Assembly (NCBI GenBank): GCA_965116905.1
Contig: OZ220732.1
Coordinates: 1,152,001 to 1,216,000 of the forward strand
Direction of reading: 5' to 3'
From: Longimicrobiales bacterium
GTDB taxonomy: Bacteria; Gemmatimonadota; Gemmatimonadetes; Longimicrobiales; Gaopeijiaceae
Length of the DNA stretch: 64,000 nucleotides
Below are positions 9,056 through 18,872 of the stretch, one piece after another. Under the pieces are notes generated by a model, which was not told the DNA's origin, searched no databases, and was given only the letters and a program-made list of their open reading frames with translations. Positions within the stretch are counted from its first letter, which is position 1, and every line of letters starts with the position of its first letter. Made by a program: the position numbers and the translations under genes.

Positions 9056-11610
9056 TTGCTCATGTTCCCGAAGCCGTGGCGCTGGCCGGGGAAGATGAAG
9101 AAGTCGAAGCGCTTGTTCGCGCGGATCAGGGCCTCGGCCATCCGGAAGGTGCCGGCGTGGTGAACGTTGTTGTCCACGTCCCCCGTGGTCAGCAGCAGGT
9201 GACCCTTCAGGTTCGCCGCGATGTCCGAGTTCCGGTCGATGTCGTACTCGAAGCCCGTGACGGCCCCTGTCGAGTCCTTCACTTCCTTGACCCCGTCGTG
9301 CTTCTCGGACCAGTTGGCGTTGTAGACGTCGTTGTTGTGGTTCCCGGCTGACGAGACGGCCACCTTGAAGAAGTCGGGGTACACCAGCATGGCCGCGGTG
9401 GACATGAAGCCGCCGCCGGAGTGCCCGTAGATCCCCACGCGTTCGATGTCGATGAAGCCGTGGCGGTCGGCGAGCTGCTCGATCCCCGCCTTCTTGTCGG
9501 CCAGACCGTAGTCGCGGAGGTTCCCGTACCCGTAGTTGTGGTACCACTTCGAGCGGTCGGGGTGGCCGCCGCGGTTCCCGATCGTGATGACGATGAAGCC
9601 GAACTGCGCGAGCGCCTGCTCGGTCTGGTTCAGCGAGAACGACTTCGACACCGATTCGGTCTGCGGCCCGGGATATACGTAGGCGATGATCGGGTACTGC
9701 TTCGAGGGGTCGAAGTCGTATGGCTTGTACATGACCCCGTAGATGTCCGTGACGCCGTCGTCGGCCTTCACCTGGTAGGTCTCGGGGTACTGGTAGCCGG
9801 CAGCCTCCAGCGCCGACAGGTCGGCCGTTTCCAGGTCCATGATCCTGCGTCCGGAAGCGTCGAAGAGCGCGGACGCGGGATTGGTGTCGACGCGCGAGTA
9901 GTTGTCGATGAAGTAGCGTGCGGATTCAGACACGACGACCTGGTGGTCCTGGTTCCCGGGATTCAGCAGGGTCAGGCCGCTGCCATCAAGTCCGACCCTG
10001 TAGAGGTGCATGTAGTAGGGATCCTCGCCCTCCTCGCGCGCATTGGCGCGGAACACCGCGTACCCGTCGTCCTCGTTCACGCCCATGAGGCCGTCGACGT
10101 GCCAGGGTCCCTCGGTCAGGCGGGCGCGCACCGTGCCGTCGGCCGCATAGCGGTAGAGGTGTGCCCAGCCGTCCTGCTCCGACCACCAGAGCAGGTCGCC
10201 GTTCTCCAGGCGCGCGGGAGACTGGTGTTCCACGTATGTGTTCAGGCGCTCCTCGATGACGACCGCGACTTCGCCAGTAGCCGGATCCGCCCTCATCACG
10301 TCCACCCGGTGCTGGTCGCGGCTCCGCCGCCAGAAGTAGAGTTCGTCGCTGCTGTCCGAGAGCCACTTCGTGATGTTCGGCTCGGTCGAACCGCCGCCTC
10401 CACCGAAGAAGAAGAAGCCGCCAAAGCCTCCGAAGCCGCCGAACTCGTTGAAGATCCCCATGCGCTGGTCCTTCCAGGGCTCGTCGTCGATCTGAGACAT
10501 CTCGCGCGACTCCATGTCGAAGACGTGGAGGCTGGTCTGCGTCACGTCTTCCTCGCCCGGCATGTCGTACCGGTAGCTCTCCAGCTTGGGCCGCGTATTC
10601 CCGACCGCGTGCACGACCCACAGATAGTCCACCTCGCGGCGGTCCTGGCGGGTGAGCGCGAAGTAGCGCGAGTCGTGGGACCACGTCGTCCCCGACCGCT
10701 GGCGCTTCTTGAACTCCTCCTCGGTCTCTTCGTCGTTCTGGCCGCGGCCCTGGAAGCCCCAGCTGAAGTCCTTCTCGCCGTCGGTGGTGAGCTGGATCTC
10801 CTCGACCTCCACGTCCTCTTCGGCTTCCTCGGCTTCGTCCCCCGTCTTGCCGCGGCGCGCCTCCAGGATCTTCTCGTATTCCTCGTAGCTCATCATCCAG
10901 AGGTTGAACTCGCGGCTGAAGACGACCCACGCGGTGTCGGGGGACACGCTGGCCCAACCGGGGTGGCTTATCGGCTCCTCGTAGTCCTCGAGTTCGCGGA
11001 GCGTGCGCGTGGTGACGTCGTACTCGAAGTGGTGGACCCTCTTGCGCGTCCTGGGTCTGGGCGGGCCGCGCTGCTGCTCGTCCTCCTGGTCTTCCTCGAC
11101 GTCTTCTTCGTCGTCCTCTTCCTCCTCCACCTCCTCATCCTGCGAGGATTCCACGTCGAACTGGATGGTGTTCGGGCCCGTGAAGCGGATGGCGCGGATC
11201 GGGAGGTGCTGCGCGTCCCACGGATCCCTCGTGATACGGGTCAGCTCGGCGGCGATGCGGTCGTTGTCGAAGATCTCGGTCTTCGTGCCCTGGCCCGGAT
11301 CGACGAGGTAGAAGTGCCTGCCCTCGGAGGTTTCCCACTCGTACCAGAAGCGGTCCGTGTCCTCGATCCACCGCGGCGAGACGCGCAGGGAATGGACCAG
11401 ATCGCTGATCTTGTAGGGGGCGAAGCGGGCCGCGAGCTCGAAGTTGGCCGAGCCGGGGCCTTCGACCCTGACCGACCCCTCTTCCTGGGCGGCGACGGGG
11501 CTGGCTGTGGCTCCGAGAGCCCCGAAGGCCAGAGCGGCTGGGGCGAGCAGGCCCATGACGAGGGTGAGGGGGAAGCTGGCGCGCGGGCGAGTGACGGTGC
11601 GGCGGATCAT
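8950..11610 (-). CDS. S9B dipeptidyl-peptidase IV-like peptidase, secreted
   Basis: Signal peptide; propeller region; GHSGGG nucleophile, DNNV Asp, QRHG His. Confidence 0.92.
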   Translation of the reverse strand: MIRRTVTRPRASFPLTLVMGLLAPAALAFGALGATASPVAAQEEGSVRVEGPGSANFELAARFAPYKISDLVHSLRVSPRWIEDTDRFWYEWETSEGRHFYLVDPGQGTKTEIFDNDRIAAELTRITRDPWDAQHLPIRAIRFTGPNTIQFDVESSQDEEVEEEEDDEEDVEEDQEDEQQRGPPRPRTRKRVHHFEYDVTTRTLRELEDYEEPISHPGWASVSPDTAWVVFSREFNLWMMSYEEYEKILEARRGKTGDEAEEAEEDVEVEEIQLTTDGEKDFSWGFQGRGQNDEETEEEFKKRQRSGTTWSHDSRYFALTRQDRREVDYLWVVHAVGNTRPKLESYRYDMPGEEDVTQTSLHVFDMESREMSQIDDEPWKDQRMGIFNEFGGFGGFGGFFFFGGGGGSTEPNITKWLSDSSDELYFWRRSRDQHRVDVMRADPATGEVAVVIEERLNTYVEHQSPARLENGDLLWWSEQDGWAHLYRYAADGTVRARLTEGPWHVDGLMGVNEDDGYAVFRANAREEGEDPYYMHLYRVGLDGSGLTLLNPGNQDHQVVVSESARYFIDNYSRVDTNPASALFDASGRRIMDLETADLSALEAAGYQYPETYQVKADDGVTDIYGVMYKPYDFDPSKQYPIIAYVYPGPQTESVSKSFSLNQTEQALAQFGFIVITIGNRGGHPDRSKWYHNYGYGNLRDYGLADKKAGIEQLADRHGFIDIERVGIYGHSGGGFMSTAAMLVYPDFFKVAVSSAGNHNNDVYNANWSEKHDGVKEVKDSTGAVTGFEYDIDRNSDIAANLKGHLLLTTGDVDNNVHHAGTFRMAEALIRANKRFDFFIFPGQRHGFGNMSNYWFWLRAEYFVKHLLGDSQWNVDILELQGDQPKG

Positions 11611-11764
11611 TCCTGGCCTCCGTTGGGGGTGGGAAGCGGCGTGGGGAGCGCCGGTGTGGCGCTTTCATACCGTGGACACGCATCTTCGCCGAATTGATTG
11701 TGGGTGGGCCTGCAGGCCGAGGCCGGCCGCGAGGGCACCGAAGAGAAATGGGAGACTTTGCGTA

Positions 11765-14131
11765 ATGGTGCAAGCGAGAGGTGGTATCGTTCTGTTGTGT
11801 CTCTGCGCGGCGACGGCGGTCGCTCGGGCCCAGGAGCCCCCGTCCCGGCCGGTCGTCACTGCCGCCGACTACGCTCGCGCCGAGCAGTTCCTGCCGGGCA
11901 ACGCGGTTCGCCACCTGACCGGGGTGCCGACCGGCCCGATGACGTGGGTCGGCGAGACGGACCGCTTCTGGTACCGGGTGCGCACGGCGGACGGGGAGCG
12001 GTTCATTCTGGTCGACCCGACGGCGCGCACGCGGCGTGAGGCCTTCGACCACGGGCGTCTGGCGGCGGCGCTCTCGATGGCGGCGGACACCGCCTATGAC
12101 CCGCACAGCCTGCCGTTCACCTCGTTCGAATTCGTCGACGATGGGGATGCGGTGAGCCTCGACATCGGCGCGGCCAGGTGGCGCTGTTCCCTCACCACGT
12201 ACACCTGCGACGAGCGCGACGCGTCCGCGGAGTTCGGCCCCGCCGAATTCGCCTCGCCCGACGGAACCCGCGCCGTCTTCACCCGCGACCACAACCTGTG
12301 GGTCAGGGCCGCCGGAGAAGAGGAGGGCACGCAACTCACCGACGACGGGGAGCCGTACTGGGACTACGGGTCGTCCCCGGAGGGGAACACGTCGGCAGTG
12401 ACGATCCGCCGCTTCGGCATCCCGGTGCCGCCCGCCGCGCTCTGGTCGCCGGACGGCCGCTACGTGGCCACGCACCAGCTCGACCAGCGCGGCGTCCTGG
12501 AGATGCACCTGATGCAGGGTGCCCCGGAGGACGGATCGAAGCGGCCGCGGCACCACGCGTACCGGTACGCGCTTCCCGGCGATTCGATCATTCCCATGGC
12601 CCATATGGTCATTGTGGGCACAGAGGCGGGCGCGGGCGACGCAACCCGTGCGGTCACGCGGCTGAATGCGGATCCGCTCAATTCCATCTTCCAGTCGCCC
12701 TTCACCTTCCAGAACGTGTGGTGGGCGGAAGACGGAGCGGCCCTCTACACCCTTCGCTTCACAAGAGGTCAGAAGGCCGTGAGCCTGGAGGCGGCCGACC
12801 CGGCGACCGGCGAGGTGCGCACGATCGTCGAGGAGAGCTGCGCCACCTATTGCGAGGCCACACCTTCTCTCGCGTCGCGCCCCAATGTGCGGGTGCTCGG
12901 CGGCGGCGACGAGGTCCTGTGGTGGTCCGAGCGGGACGGATGGGGCCACCTCTATCTCTACGACGCGCGGACCGGCGAACTGAAGCGCCAGGTGACGAGC
13001 GGCCCGTGGCTGGTCCGGGAGGTACTGCACGTGGACGAGGACGCGCGCACGCTGTGGTTCACGGCGAGCGGACGCGAAGGCGGCGACCCGTACTACATGC
13101 ACCTGTACAGCGTGGGACTGGACGGCGGAGCGGTGCGCCGCCTCTCACCCGAGGACTCCCACCACCTCGTCACGGCCAGCCCCGGCGGCGCCTGGTTCGT
13201 GGACACCCACGGCCGCACCGACACGGCGCCGATCACCGTACTGCGCGACCGGAGCGGAGCGGTCGTGATGACGCTTGAGACCGGGTCGCTGGAAGGCCTC
13301 GAGGCGCTGGGCTGGAGTCCGCCCGAGAGGGTGGTGACGAAGGCGCGGGACGGCGTGACCGACCTGTACGGCCTGATCGTCAAGCCCACCGGCTTCGACC
13401 CCGAGGCCGTGTACCCCGTCATCGACTACGTCTACCCGGGCCCCCAGACCGCGTGGGTGCCCAAGAGCATCGCCGACCCCCTGTCGCGGGTGCTGTGGGA
13501 TGCGCAGGCGACGGCCGAACTGGGCGCGGTCGTGGTCGTCCTGGACGGCTTCGGGAAGCCCCTGCGCTCGAAGGCGTTCCACAACGTCTCGTACGGCAAC
13601 CTGCAGGATGCCGGGGGACTGGTCGACCACGTATCGTCGATCAGGCAGCTGGCGGCGTCGAGGCCGTACATGGACCTGGGACGCATCGGCGTGTACGGCT
13701 TCTCCGGGGGCGGATACATGTCCACCCACGCCATCCTGACCCAGCCGGACTTCTACAAGGTGGCGGTCTCGGGTGCCGGCAACCACGACCAGCGCGGCTA
13801 CATCGCGCTGTGGGGCGAACTCTACCACGGGCTGATGGACCCGGACGGCGCCAACTACGTTCAGCAGGCCAACACGACCCACGCCGCCAACCTCAAGGGG
13901 AAGCTCCTGCTGATCCACGGCGAGATGGACGACAACGTGAGCCCGGCGCTCACCATGCAGGTGGTGGACGCGCTCATCAAGGCGAACCGCACCTTCGACA
14001 TGCTCATCCTGCCGAATCTCAACCACGGGGCCGGCAGCGACCCATACTACATCCGCCGGCGCTGGGACTATTTTGTCGAACACCTGATCGGGGCGGAGCC
14101 GCCGCGCGACTACCGTGTGGTGCCGTCCTGA
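11765..14131 (+). CDS. S9B dipeptidyl-peptidase IV-like peptidase, secreted
   Basis: GGGAGA RBS; signal ending ARA-Q; YPGPQ, GFSGGG, DDNV, LNHG triad motifs. Confidence 0.92.
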   Translation: MVQARGGIVLLCLCAATAVARAQEPPSRPVVTAADYARAEQFLPGNAVRHLTGVPTGPMTWVGETDRFWYRVRTADGERFILVDPTARTRREAFDHGRLAAALSMAADTAYDPHSLPFTSFEFVDDGDAVSLDIGAARWRCSLTTYTCDERDASAEFGPAEFASPDGTRAVFTRDHNLWVRAAGEEEGTQLTDDGEPYWDYGSSPEGNTSAVTIRRFGIPVPPAALWSPDGRYVATHQLDQRGVLEMHLMQGAPEDGSKRPRHHAYRYALPGDSIIPMAHMVIVGTEAGAGDATRAVTRLNADPLNSIFQSPFTFQNVWWAEDGAALYTLRFTRGQKAVSLEAADPATGEVRTIVEESCATYCEATPSLASRPNVRVLGGGDEVLWWSERDGWGHLYLYDARTGELKRQVTSGPWLVREVLHVDEDARTLWFTASGREGGDPYYMHLYSVGLDGGAVRRLSPEDSHHLVTASPGGAWFVDTHGRTDTAPITVLRDRSGAVVMTLETGSLEGLEALGWSPPERVVTKARDGVTDLYGLIVKPTGFDPEAVYPVIDYVYPGPQTAWVPKSIADPLSRVLWDAQATAELGAVVVVLDGFGKPLRSKAFHNVSYGNLQDAGGLVDHVSSIRQLAASRPYMDLGRIGVYGFSGGGYMSTHAILTQPDFYKVAVSGAGNHDQRGYIALWGELYHGLMDPDGANYVQQANTTHAANLKGKLLLIHGEMDDNVSPALTMQVVDALIKANRTFDMLILPNLNHGAGSDPYYIRRRWDYFVEHLIGAEPPRDYRVVPS

Positions 14132-14169
14132 GGGGCGGCGCGCGCGCGTTGCGGAGCGGCGCCCCTCAG
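14128..14169 (+). terminator. Inverted repeat after the S9 peptidase, putative terminator
   Basis: CTGAGGGGCG (14128-14137) pairs with CGCCCCTCAG (14160-14169), followed by TTGT. Confidence 0.45.
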
Positions 14170-14179
14170 TTGTATACAA
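14170..14179. promoter_or_regulatory. Perfect palindrome TTGTATACAA, GntR-type operator candidate
   Basis: AT-rich palindrome about 100 bp upstream of SusC; resembles the GT-N-AC core of GntR-family operators. Confidence 0.5.
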
Positions 14180-14275
14180 TGTTGAGTACGTAGCTATTGC
14201 GGGTTCGCGGGACGTTTGCCTATCTTGGCACCCCGTCGAAGCAGGAGTCTCATCCACCACTCAAAGGACAGAACC

Positions 14276-17200
14276 ATGAGACCAAACTTCCGTTTGAAAC
14301 AGCCCACACGACCGTTGTGGGGGCTCGCCGCGGCAGGTGCGGCGGGCTTCGTGGCCCTGGCGCTGGCGGTTGCGCCGCTGGCCGCTCAGAACACCATCAC
14401 CGGTACGGTCGTGGACGGCACCACCCAGCGCCCGCTCGGCGGTGCGCAGGTCCAGGTGGAAGGGACCAATCTCGGTGTCCTCACGGACAACCGGGGCCGG
14501 TTCCTGATCCTCAACGTCCCGACGGCCACGGTCACCGTGCGCGTGGTGATGATCGGCTACCGCGAGGCCACGGCCAGCGCGAGCACCGGTCAGGCGGTCA
14601 CCATCGAGCTGCAGGAGACCGCGATTTCGCTCGACGAGATCGTGGTCACCGGCGTGGTCGGCGAGCAGACGGCACGGGCGGTCGGCAACTCGATCGGCCA
14701 GGTCAACGCGGCCGAGCTCGAGGCGTTGGCTCCGGCCGCCGATGTGCAGCGCATGATCAGCGCGACCGTTCCCGGTGTGCGCGTCTCCATGGCCGGCGGC
14801 GAGATCGGTGCCGGCGGGTCCACACGGATCCGGGGCGTCGCCAGTCTCTCGCTGGGTGCTCAGCCACTCGTGTATGTGGACGGCGTTCGCGTGAATGGAC
14901 AGGAAAGCAACGCCGCCTTCGGCTGGTACGCCTTCAACGGCAACTCGCAGCCCTCGCGCCTTGCCGACTTCAACCCGGATGAGATCGAGAGCATCGAGAT
15001 CATCAAGGGCCCCGCGGCGGCGACGCTCTACGGGACGGAAGCCTCCAATGGCGTGATCCAGATCATCACCAAGAGGGGCCGGACGGGTGCGCCGAGGATC
15101 AACGTCACCATGAAGCAGGGCGCCAACTTCTATCCGAACGTCTACAACATGTTCCCCGAATCGTGGTACATGTGCGAAGGCGTGTCCCAGACTGTCGACG
15201 TGGATGATCGCCTGCGGTGCAACCCGGGAGAGGTTACTCCTTTCAACGTGCTGCAGACCGACCGCGACGTCTACGGCAACGAGTGGTTCCAGACGGGCCA
15301 CTCGCAGTCGTACGGGGCAGACGTCACGGGTGGCACCCAGCAGATCACCTACTTTGTCTCGGCGGACTGGGACCGTGACGAGGGCGTCGTCTGGTACAAC
15401 TGGAAGAACCGCATGAGCGGGCGCGCCAATCTGACCTACACCCCGTCCGAGAAGCTGGAACTGAACTTCGGTCTGGGCGCGATCCGCAGCAAGGCCCAGT
15501 CGGCGTCGGCCCAGCAGGCACTGCCAACGGCGATCATCTGGGCCTGTCCCTCGCCGGGCTGTGAAGCGGGTTCGAACAAGCCCAGCGACATCGCCGGCGG
15601 GTTCCGGGGCTACATCGCCTATCTGCCCGAGGCCTACGAGGAAGACATCGAGGGCTTCCAGCACGTGGACCGCACGACCTTCTCGCTCGAAGCGCGTCAC
15701 GAGCCCTTCGAGTGGCTGACGCACCGGGCCATCGTGGGCGGCGACTTCAGCGGCGTCAGGAACTCCGAGCTCTATCGTGCGACCGGCCGTCAACCCGCCG
15801 GGCAGTTCACGCCCTGGGGACGCAAGACGATCATCAACCTCAACACCAGCTACTTCTCGATCGACTACCAGGCCAACGGCATCTTCGATTTCGGAGGCAT
15901 GACCTTCACCACCTCCGGCGGCCTGCAGTATTACCAGCGGCAGGAGTCGTCGACTTTTGCGCACGGCGAGACTTTCCCGGTCGACGCGCTCGAAACCGTT
16001 TCATCGGGTTCGACGAAGCGGGCAGAAGAGGATTTCCTCGAGAACAAGACATTCGGCGTGTTCGTGCAGGAACAGGTTGCCATGGGCGACCGTCTCTTCG
16101 TGACCGGCGCCGTGCGTGGAGACGACAACAGCGCGTTCGGCACGAACTTCGACTTCGTCGTGTATCCGAAGCTGTCGGCATCATACGTGATCAGCGACGA
16201 GCCGGCCTTCCAGGACATGCTGCCCGGGGTCAACACGCTGAAGCTGAGGGCGGCCTGGGGGAAAGCCGGTAAGCAGCCGGACGTCTTCGACGCGATCCAG
16301 ACCTATACGCCCACGGTGGGTCCCGGGGGTGCTTCGGTTCTCACTCCCGAGAACATCGGCAACCCGGACCTCAAGCCCGAGGTCGGAACCGAGATCGAGC
16401 TGGGCTTCGATGCCGGCCTGATGGACGACCTGATTGGTCTTGAGTTCACCGTCTACAGCCAGACGACGAACGACGCCCTGGTTCGTGTGCCCGTCATCCC
16501 CTCGAAGGGATTCCCCGGGGTTCAGTTCCGGAACATCGGCCAGATCAGCAACAAGGGCATCGAAGTCGGGATCAACGGTCAGGTGTACAACTCCGAGGCC
16601 TTCAGCCTGGATGTGGGGGCCACGTTCTCCACCTTCGACAACGAGGTCACCGACCTGGGAGGTCAGCCTCCGATCGTACAGAGTTCCTCGAGCCTGAACC
16701 GGCAGTTCCACGTCGAGGGCTTCCCGCTGGGCAGCATGTTCTACAGGCGCGTGATCAGCGCGCAGCTCGACGGCTCCAGCGGGCGCAACGTCGCGACCAA
16801 CCTCATGTGCGAGGGTGGCGAGAAGGCCGGCGACTCCGACTTCTCGTGGGGAGGCGGTTCGCCCGTTCCCTGCGCCGACGCGCCAGAAGTGTACTGGGGT
16901 CAGCCGATTCCCAACGTCGAAGGCGGCATCTACACCAATCTGCGCATCGGGCAGAACCTGTCGCTGTATGCGCTGGTCGATTATGTGGGGGGGCACCACC
17001 TGAGCCTGGGAGACGTCAGCGCGCAGCATCGGTTCTTCATCAACTCCAGGGCGATCCTCGAACGTACGGACCCCATTCTGCTGGGGTATGAGGCACTCGG
17101 TGCCGGAGGTCTCGCGCAGTCGGGCGTTGTGGCAGGCGACTTCATGAAGCTGCGGACGCTGTCGGCTTCCTATACACTGCCGGAATCCATTGCCGAGATG

Positions 17201-17404
17201 GTGTGGGCCAGCCGGGTCGCGGTCACCGCTTCGGTCGACAACCTGTGGACGATCTGGCAGAAGTCGAAGGACTCCTTCGGGCACCCGATCATGGACATCG
17301 AGCGCGCGCGCCAGAGTCCCGGTCAGTTCGGGCTCAACGGGTACGTGCAGGAGGGTTGGCCTCAGCTGACCCGCTTCGTGTCCACGTTCCGGTTCACATT
17401 CTAG
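14276..17404 (+). CDS. SusC/RagA-like TonB-dependent transporter
   Basis: AAAGGA RBS; signal ending LAA-Q; LDEIVVTG; FNPDEIESIEIIKGPAAATLYGTEASNGVIQIITKRG; ends FRFTF. Confidence 0.94.
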   Translation: MRPNFRLKQPTRPLWGLAAAGAAGFVALALAVAPLAAQNTITGTVVDGTTQRPLGGAQVQVEGTNLGVLTDNRGRFLILNVPTATVTVRVVMIGYREATASASTGQAVTIELQETAISLDEIVVTGVVGEQTARAVGNSIGQVNAAELEALAPAADVQRMISATVPGVRVSMAGGEIGAGGSTRIRGVASLSLGAQPLVYVDGVRVNGQESNAAFGWYAFNGNSQPSRLADFNPDEIESIEIIKGPAAATLYGTEASNGVIQIITKRGRTGAPRINVTMKQGANFYPNVYNMFPESWYMCEGVSQTVDVDDRLRCNPGEVTPFNVLQTDRDVYGNEWFQTGHSQSYGADVTGGTQQITYFVSADWDRDEGVVWYNWKNRMSGRANLTYTPSEKLELNFGLGAIRSKAQSASAQQALPTAIIWACPSPGCEAGSNKPSDIAGGFRGYIAYLPEAYEEDIEGFQHVDRTTFSLEARHEPFEWLTHRAIVGGDFSGVRNSELYRATGRQPAGQFTPWGRKTIINLNTSYFSIDYQANGIFDFGGMTFTTSGGLQYYQRQESSTFAHGETFPVDALETVSSGSTKRAEEDFLENKTFGVFVQEQVAMGDRLFVTGAVRGDDNSAFGTNFDFVVYPKLSASYVISDEPAFQDMLPGVNTLKLRAAWGKAGKQPDVFDAIQTYTPTVGPGGASVLTPENIGNPDLKPEVGTEIELGFDAGLMDDLIGLEFTVYSQTTNDALVRVPVIPSKGFPGVQFRNIGQISNKGIEVGINGQVYNSEAFSLDVGATFSTFDNEVTDLGGQPPIVQSSSSLNRQFHVEGFPLGSMFYRRVISAQLDGSSGRNVATNLMCEGGEKAGDSDFSWGGGSPVPCADAPEVYWGQPIPNVEGGIYTNLRIGQNLSLYALVDYVGGHHLSLGDVSAQHRFFINSRAILERTDPILLGYEALGAGGLAQSGVVAGDFMKLRTLSASYTLPESIAEMVWASRVAVTASVDNLWTIWQKSKDSFGHPIMDIERARQSPGQFGLNGYVQEGWPQLTRFVSTFRFTF

Positions 17405-17416
17405 ATCACAGGAGAG

Positions 17417-18757
17417 ATGAAAATGAGAGCAAGAAACAGACTGGCGGGTGCGGTCCTGTTCGTGGCTTCATCCCTCGTGTTCTCAGGGTGTAGCCTGGAT
17501 GACATTCTGGCGGTGCATGTGCCCGGGAAGGTGCTGGAAGAGGCCTTGAACAGTTCGTCGCTGGCCGACGTGCTGACGACGGGTGTGGTCGCGGAGGTCG
17601 AGTGCAGCTGGAACCAGTACGTTGCCGGCTCGGCACACCACTCCGACGAATACGTGCCGACCTCGGGCAACCTCACAATGAGGAACTGGGGCCAGCGCAA
17701 GATCTACGCATCCGATGCGGGGTATGCGCAGGGCACTTGCGGCGGCTGGGGCTATCCGATGTTTACGCCGCTGCACACGGCGCGTTTCCAGGCGGAGGAC
17801 GTGTCCACGAGATTGGCGGGGTTCCCCCCTGACGAGGTGCCGAACGTTGCATCCCTGCAAGCGACGGCCGCCGTTTGGGGTGCATTCCCGCTGGTAGCGA
17901 TGGGCGAGGGGTTCTGCCGCATGGCGATCGACGGGGGTGCCGTGATGCAGCCGGCCGAGGTGCAGGCCCAAGCCGAGCAGCGGTTCACTTCAGCGATCTC
18001 GCTGGCCCAGGCGGCCGGTGATGAGACGCTGGCCATGCAGGGCACGCTGGGGCGTGCGCGGGTTCGTATCGCGCAGGGCAATTATGCCGGCGCGATCGCC
18101 GACGCCTCCCAGATCCCGGATGGGTTCATCGTCAACGTAAGCCGTGACGCTGCCGAGTCGCGACGCTACAACTACTACTTCGAGCGGTTGAACGCGCCAA
18201 CGGGATTCCGGGCCCATGGTTCGGTGGCCGACAACTACCAGAATCTGACCATTGGCGCGGACGGGATGCCGATGGACGGCGGTGACGGGGTGAAGGACAC
18301 CCGCGTCAACGTCAAGACCGACGGCACGGAGGCCGCGGACTTTGCGACGATCCTGTATTATCACGACAAGTACAATTCGCGCAGCGACCCGCTCCCCCTG
18401 GTGCACTGGCACGAGGCCCGCATGTTCGAGGCCGAGGCGTTGGCCATGCAGGGCGATGTCGCGGGCGCACTGGGCAAGATCAACGGCCTCCGCATGGCCG
18501 CAGGGCTTCCCGAAGTCACCGCGGACGTGGGTGCCGGGCAGATCATGGACCTGGTCAAGGAGGAGCGTCGTCGCCAGCTGTTCGTGTTGGGCGGACATCG
18601 CCTGCACGACATGCTGCGCTTCGACATTCCGTTCCTCGGAGAGCCCGGCTCGATCCATCCGAACGGTCTCGACCAGACGGGGGCGGAGTACGGCAACCTG
18701 ACGTGCTTCCAGCTCCCCGAGGTGGAGGTCAAGGGGAACGAGAACATCAGCAGCTGA
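17417..18757 (+). CDS. SusD/RagB-like lipoprotein
   Basis: AGGAGA RBS; lipobox FSGC; EARMFEAEA and ERRRQLFVLGGHRLHDMLR motifs. Start could be 17423. Confidence 0.9.
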   Translation: MKMRARNRLAGAVLFVASSLVFSGCSLDDILAVHVPGKVLEEALNSSSLADVLTTGVVAEVECSWNQYVAGSAHHSDEYVPTSGNLTMRNWGQRKIYASDAGYAQGTCGGWGYPMFTPLHTARFQAEDVSTRLAGFPPDEVPNVASLQATAAVWGAFPLVAMGEGFCRMAIDGGAVMQPAEVQAQAEQRFTSAISLAQAAGDETLAMQGTLGRARVRIAQGNYAGAIADASQIPDGFIVNVSRDAAESRRYNYYFERLNAPTGFRAHGSVADNYQNLTIGADGMPMDGGDGVKDTRVNVKTDGTEAADFATILYYHDKYNSRSDPLPLVHWHEARMFEAEALAMQGDVAGALGKINGLRMAAGLPEVTADVGAGQIMDLVKEERRRQLFVLGGHRLHDMLRFDIPFLGEPGSIHPNGLDQTGAEYGNLTCFQLPEVEVKGNENISS

Positions 18758-18779
18758 TATCGGCTGAAGGGAAGGCATC

Positions 18780-18815
18780 GCGGGGCTGCCGCTTGCGTTC
18801 TGGCGGCAGCCCCGC
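18780..18815 (+). terminator. GC-rich hairpin between the two SusC/D pairs
   Basis: Perfect 13-bp stem GCGGGGCTGCCGC / GCGGCAGCCCCGC followed by TTCT. Confidence 0.65.
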
Positions 18816-18872
18816 TTCTCATAATGGTGGGGTGGTGGAAGAGCAATCCGGATACAGCAAAGGAGGAATCCC

